Of a stretch of 64,000 nucleotides of DNA, positions 58,993 through 64,000 are shown in pieces. Every line of letters begins with the position of its first letter. Position 1 is the first letter of the stretch. The stretch comes from an uncultured Gemmatimonadales bacterium. Lineage in GTDB: Bacteria; Gemmatimonadota; Gemmatimonadetes; Longimicrobiales; RSA9. The stretch is taken from positions 192,001 to 256,000 of the forward strand of contig CAWCUS010000005.1 of assembly GCA_963798845.1 (NCBI GenBank). The letters run 5' to 3'. The notes under the pieces were generated by a model. The model did no database searches. It worked only from the letters and a program-made list of their open reading frames with translations, and was not told where the DNA came from. The translations under genes were made by a program, and so were the position numbers.

Positions 58993-61900
58993 ATGCGGCC
59001 GCCGCGGTCGCTTCCGCCTTCGCCAAAGGACGATGCTCTCGATGACGGTGCAGCAATAGCGTTCCCGCGCCTACAGGCCTTGCTCCGGCCGGCCCCGACA
59101 TCCGGCCGGGACGAGCTCCTGGCCGGCCCGATCCGCGGTGCGCTTCTCGGCACCGATCAACTCGCCGAAAAGGCCCGCAACGTCGCCCGGCGCGAACGCG
59201 TGCAGCTCCCCCCGCGGTCCCGCCGAGAGGGCGCCCTCCTCCTCCGGCTGGCCGAGACCCGACGCATCCTGGACGATGGGCACGCGGCGCTGTCGGCAGG
59301 CGCGGCCCGAGACGTCGACGTCGGTCCGGCGGGCGAATGGCTGTTGGACAACTTCCACATCGTGCGGGAGCACATGCGGGAAGTGCACGAGGCGCTGCCG
59401 CGCGGCTACTACCGTGAGCTGCCCGAGCTGGCGAGCGGGCGGCTGGCCGGACACCCGCGCGTGTACGAGCTCGCGATCGCGCTGATCTCCCACTCCGAAG
59501 CGCGCATCGACCTCGACAACCTGGACCTCTTCGTCTCCGCCTACCAGTCCGTCGCGCCCCTCGCGATCGGGGAGCTGTGGGCGTTGCCCGCGATGTTCCG
59601 GATCGCGCTGATCGAGAGCGTACGGCGCATGACGCTGCGGACGATGCGCCGGATGAGGGAGATCGAGGAGGCGGACGCCTGGGCACTCCGCATCGAAACC
59701 GCGAGCGAGCAGGGGGAGGACGAACTGGGGCAGGCACTGGATGCTTTCGTCGAGGCGCCGCCGCGCCTGACCGAGGTATTCATTGCCCGCTTCCTGCACC
59801 AGCTTCGTCTGACCCGGGGCGCATACCTTCCGCTCGTCGAGATCGAGGAATGGATCAGCGAGCGCATGGTGAGCGACGAAGTGGCGTCGGCGAGGGCGGC
59901 GCACCACCTGGCCCTCACGCAGGTCATGATGGCCCACAGCATCACGAGCCTGCGCACGATCGCACAGCTGGACTGGCGAGTGTTCGTCGAGCGGCACAGC
60001 GCGCTGGAGGCCGTCCTGCTCACCGACCCCGCAGGGTACCATGCACGCATGACGTTCGCCACGCGTGACCACTACCGCCACGTGGTCGAGCGCATCGCGC
60101 GCCGGACGCGTCAAGCGGAGGAGGACGTGGCGCGTGTGGCCGTGGACCTGGCCCGCGCCGCGTCCCAGGACCACGGGCCGGAGCACGTCCGATCCCACGT
60201 CGGCTACTACCTCGTGGACGACGGGCTCCGGGAGCTGGAGGCCGTCACCGGATACCGACCGCGCGTGCGGGAGGCCGTCCACCGCTGGGTGCTGCGGCAC
60301 CCGGACGCCGCGTTCTCCATGAGCTTGCTCACCGCCTTCATGGCAGCACTCGCCGCCGTGCTGTGGCTGGCCGGGCCAGGGGCCCGCGGCGCATGGATTC
60401 CGGTCCTCATCCTCGCGCTCATCCCGGCCAGCCACGTCGCCATCGTCGTGGTCGACCAGCTGGTCACGGTGCTGCTTCCGCCGCGCACGATCTCCAGGCT
60501 CGACCTCAGCCTTCGCGACGGCGTACCCGCGGAGTTCCGCACTGCCGTGGTCGTGCCCGCGCTGTTCGACAGCGTGGCAACCGTCGACGAAGCGTTCGAC
60601 CACCTCGAGGTCCAGTTCCTCGCCAACCGGGGAGCGCACCTGCATTTCGCCGTCCTGAGCGACTTCACCGACGCGGCGGAGGAAACCTGCGAGGATGATG
60701 CCGCGATCGTCGCTGCCGCGGTGGCGCGCGTCCACGACCTCAACGACCGCTACGCTCCCCGGAGTCGGGATGCCTTCCAGCTCTTTCATCGGCCCCGCCG
60801 CTGGAACGCGCGACAGGGCGTCTGGATGGGCTGGGAGCGGAAGCGGGGCAAGCTGGCTGATTTCAATCGCTTCCTGCGCGGTGGCGCGGGGGGTGCGTTC
60901 ACCACCATCGCCGGCAACGTGGAGCCGCTGGGCGCGGTCCGGTACGTCATCACGCTCGACGCCGATACCGTGCTGCCGCCCGGCAGCGCCGCGGAGCTCA
61001 TCGGCACCTTGGCGCACCCGCTCAATCGCGCCGTGTACGACCCGCAGCGCGGCCGTGTGGTGCGCGGCTACGGCATCCTCCAGCCGCGCGTGGGCGTCAC
61101 TCTTCCCAGCGCGCACCGATCCCACTTCTCGTTCATCCATTCGGGGCACCCGGGCGTGGATCCGTACACGACCGCCACGTCCGACGTGTACCAGGACCTG
61201 TTCGGCGAGGGCAGCTTCACCGGGAAGGGCATCTGACGATGTCGATGTGTTCGACCAGGCGACCCACGGTCGGTTCCCCGAGAACACTCTGCTGTCGCAT
61301 GACCTGATCGAGGGCAGCTACGCCCGCGCGGGGCTCGTCACCAGCATCATGGTCTACGACGACTATCCCTCGCGTTACCTCACGTTCACCCGCCGGAAGC
61401 ACCGCTGGATACGCGGCGACTGGCAGCTGCTCCGCTGGCTGTCGTCGCGCGTGCCGGGGCCGGACGGACCTGAGGCCAACCGGCTGCCGATCCTTTCGCG
61501 CTGGAAGATCTTCGACAACCTGCGACGCAGCACGGTGGAGATCGGGCTGCTGGTCCTTCTCGCCTCCGGCTGGCTGCTGCTCCCGGGCTCCATGCTGGTC
61601 TGGACCGCGCTGGTACTCGCCATCGTCGCCGCGCCCTGGATCGTCTCACTCCTGCTCGCCGCGCTGCGCCCCCCGCTCGACCGTTCGTGGCGGGCCTACT
61701 ACGCGTCCGTCGCTCGCGACGCGGGGACGGCCGCGCGACAGCTCGTCCTGGCTATCGCCTTCCTGCCCCACCAGGCGTGGGTGTCGGCCGATGCGATCCT
61801 CCGCACACTCTGGCGCCTGGGGGTCACGAAACGCCACCTGCTCGAGTGGCAGACCGCGTCCGCGGCGGAACGCGACGCGGGTACCGCCCGCGCCCGCGTG

Positions 61901-64000
61901 TGGCGAACGATGTCGCCGGCGGCGGCAGTCGGGGTGGCCCTCGCACTCAGCGCAATGGCTCGGGCGGCCGGCACGGGCTCGTCCGCGCTCTGGTGGACCG
62001 GCGTGCTGGTTGTCGGCTGCCTGGCCGTCCTGTGGGCCGCGTCGCCCGCCCTCGCCCACGCCCTCGACCGGCCGACCGCGCCACGGCGCCGGCAACTCAC
62101 GGCGGGACAGGCCGCCACGGCAACGGATCTCGCCCGGCTGCACTGGCGCTACTTCGACCGCTTCGTCGATGCTGGCACGCAGTGGCTGGTGCCGGACAAC
62201 GTGCAGGAAGAGCTCGGGGCCGCCGTCGCCATGCGCACCTCGCCCACGAACATCGGCCTCCAGCTGCTCGCAATCGGCAGCGCCCGCGACCTCGGATTCA
62301 TCACCTCCGAAGACATGACGCGGCGGCTGGAGCTGGTGTTCCGGGCCCTCGAACGCATGCGGCGCTTCCGCGGGCACTTCTTCAACTGGTACGACCTGCA
62401 TGATCTGGGCGTCCTCGAGCCGGCGTACATCTCGACCGTGGACAGCGGCAACCTCGCAGGCCATCTGCTGGCCATCCGGCAGGCCTGTCTGGATGCGCGC
62501 CCGGAGCCAGGGCAAGACGAAGGAGCAACCGGCCCCGCGCTGCGCGCCCGCCTGGACGCGCTCGCCGACCGCGCCGGCGACTACGTGGCCGAGATGGACT
62601 TCCGGTTCCTTTTCGACGAGGAGCGCGAGCTGTTCTCCATCGGCTACCAGCTCGCCAGCCAGTCGCTGGATGTTTCCCACTACGACCTGCTCGCGTCGGA
62701 GTCGCGGCTCGCGAGCTTTGTCGCGGTGGCGAAGAACGACGTGCCCCTCGACCACTGGTTCCGGCTCGGTCGCTCGTTGACCCACGCGTCGGGCGCCACC
62801 GCGCTCGTCTCCTGGAGCGGCAGCATGTTCGAGTACCTGATGCCAGTGCTCGTCATGCGCTCCCTTCCGGCAACGCTCCTCGATCAGACCTATCGCGGTG
62901 TGGTCCGGCGACAGATCGCCTACGGCGCCCTGCGCAGCGTGCCCTGGGGCGTGAGCGAGAGCGCGTACAACCTTCGGGATCATCAGCTCACGTATCAGTA
63001 CCGAGCGTTCGGCGTGCCGGATCTCGGCCTCAAGCGCGGGCTCGGACGGGACCTCGTCATCGCCCCGTACGCCTCCGCCCTGGCGCTGCTGGTCGAACCG
63101 GACCGCGCTCTGGCCAACCTCTCGGTGCTCGCCGGGTTGGACGCCCTCGGGCCCTACGGCTTCCGCGACGCCATCGACTACGCCCGGCCGGATCCAGGCG
63201 AGGACCACGCAGTGGTCCGCAGCTACATGGCGCACCACATCGGCATGAGCCTCGCCGCGCTGACGAACGTGCTCACCGACGACGTGTGGCAACGACGGTT
63301 CCACTCCGATCCCCTCGTGCAGTCGGCCGAGCTCCTGCTCCACGAGCGGATCCCGCGCCGCCTCGTGCTGCAACCGGCGAGAGCGGCCCGCGCCGCCGGG
63401 GCGCTGCCGCGCCCGGAGGCCGAGAACCAGGCCGTCCGCGAGCTCACCGGGCCGGACACCCCGCGGCCGCACGTCGCGCTGCTCGGCCGTCAGCCCTACA
63501 CCGTGATGGTGACGCACGCCGGGTCCGGATTCTCCCGGTACGAGGACATCGCGGTCACCCGCTGGCGCGCTGATGGCACCACGGACGCGATGGGCCAGTT
63601 CTGCTACGTGAGGGACGTGACAGGGGAGCGGGTGTGGTCGACGGCCCACCAGCCGGTGTGCGCTCCAGCCGATGCATACCGGGCCCTGCTCGCCAGCGAC
63701 CGCGTAACCTTCAATCGCGCCAATGGAGACATCGAGACGCGCACCGAGATCACGGTGGTTCCCGACGACGCCGCCGAAGTGCGCTGCGTGACGGTCACCA
63801 ACCACGCGCCTGAGCTGCGGGAGCTCGAGCTCACGAGCTACGGCGAGGTGGTGCTCGGTCCGCCGGAGGCCGATCGCGCGCATCCCGCGTTCGCCAACCT
63901 GTTCGTCGAGACGGAATGGCACGAGTGGTGTTCGGCGATCACCGCCACTCGGCGGCCCCGGTCCGCCGCGGAGCCCTCGCTCTGGTGCGTCCACGTGATG
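58993..64000 (+). CDS. ndvB: Cyclic beta-1,2-glucan synthase (Cgs/NdvB/ChvB), apparent +1 frameshift at about 61235, runs off the window
   Basis: EWLLDNF, WMGWERKRGKL, ITLDADT and FGEGSFTGKGI motifs. After the shift: DVD...LLSHDLIEG, RW.RGDWQL, SWSGSMFEYLMP, PWGVSESA, then a GH94-like region. Confidence 0.9.

Noticed and set aside
61231..61240. prfB-like programmed +1 frameshift or selenocysteine readthrough at ATC TGA C
   Set aside because: There is no slippery CTT-T codon, the continuation is in another frame so readthrough would not help, and a simple G insertion in a Tyr codon explains it.

Overview
A gene-dense, high-GC (roughly 70%) bacterial chromosomal segment. The gene repertoire suggests Gemmatimonadota, but this is inference. 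Housekeeping content: DUF47, tatD, secDF, tRNA-Ile2(CAT), upp, a MoxR/DUF58/BatABCD(E) operon, rluB-scpB-scpA-S2P, rpsT, yhaM-like, pyrRBC, gltX, tRNA-Gln(CTG), tadA and ung. Envelope and transport content: NhaC family, AttEFGH-like ABC system, a two-permease RND pump, MscS, TauE, CDF, OmpA, MOT1 and a cyclic beta-1,2-glucan synthase that runs off the right edge. I saw no integrase, transposase, prophage or CRISPR array. The best novelty candidate is a tRNA-Gln-led operon: a near-consensus promoter precedes tRNA-Gln, whose 3' arm contains the AGGAGG Shine-Dalgarno of a LexA paralogue that lacks the Ala-Gly cleavage site and both catalytic residues, followed by tadA, a D-2-hydroxyacid dehydrogenase and a VOC gene. 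Other leads are a low-GC, frameshift-rich cassette inside a surface lipoprotein, a J-domain/TM/RCC1 fusion, an orphan terminator upstream of a small ORF, a Met-rich mini-lipoprotein, and a Cys-tailed MarR with candidate operators. Several apparent +1 frameshifts probably reflect assembly error.
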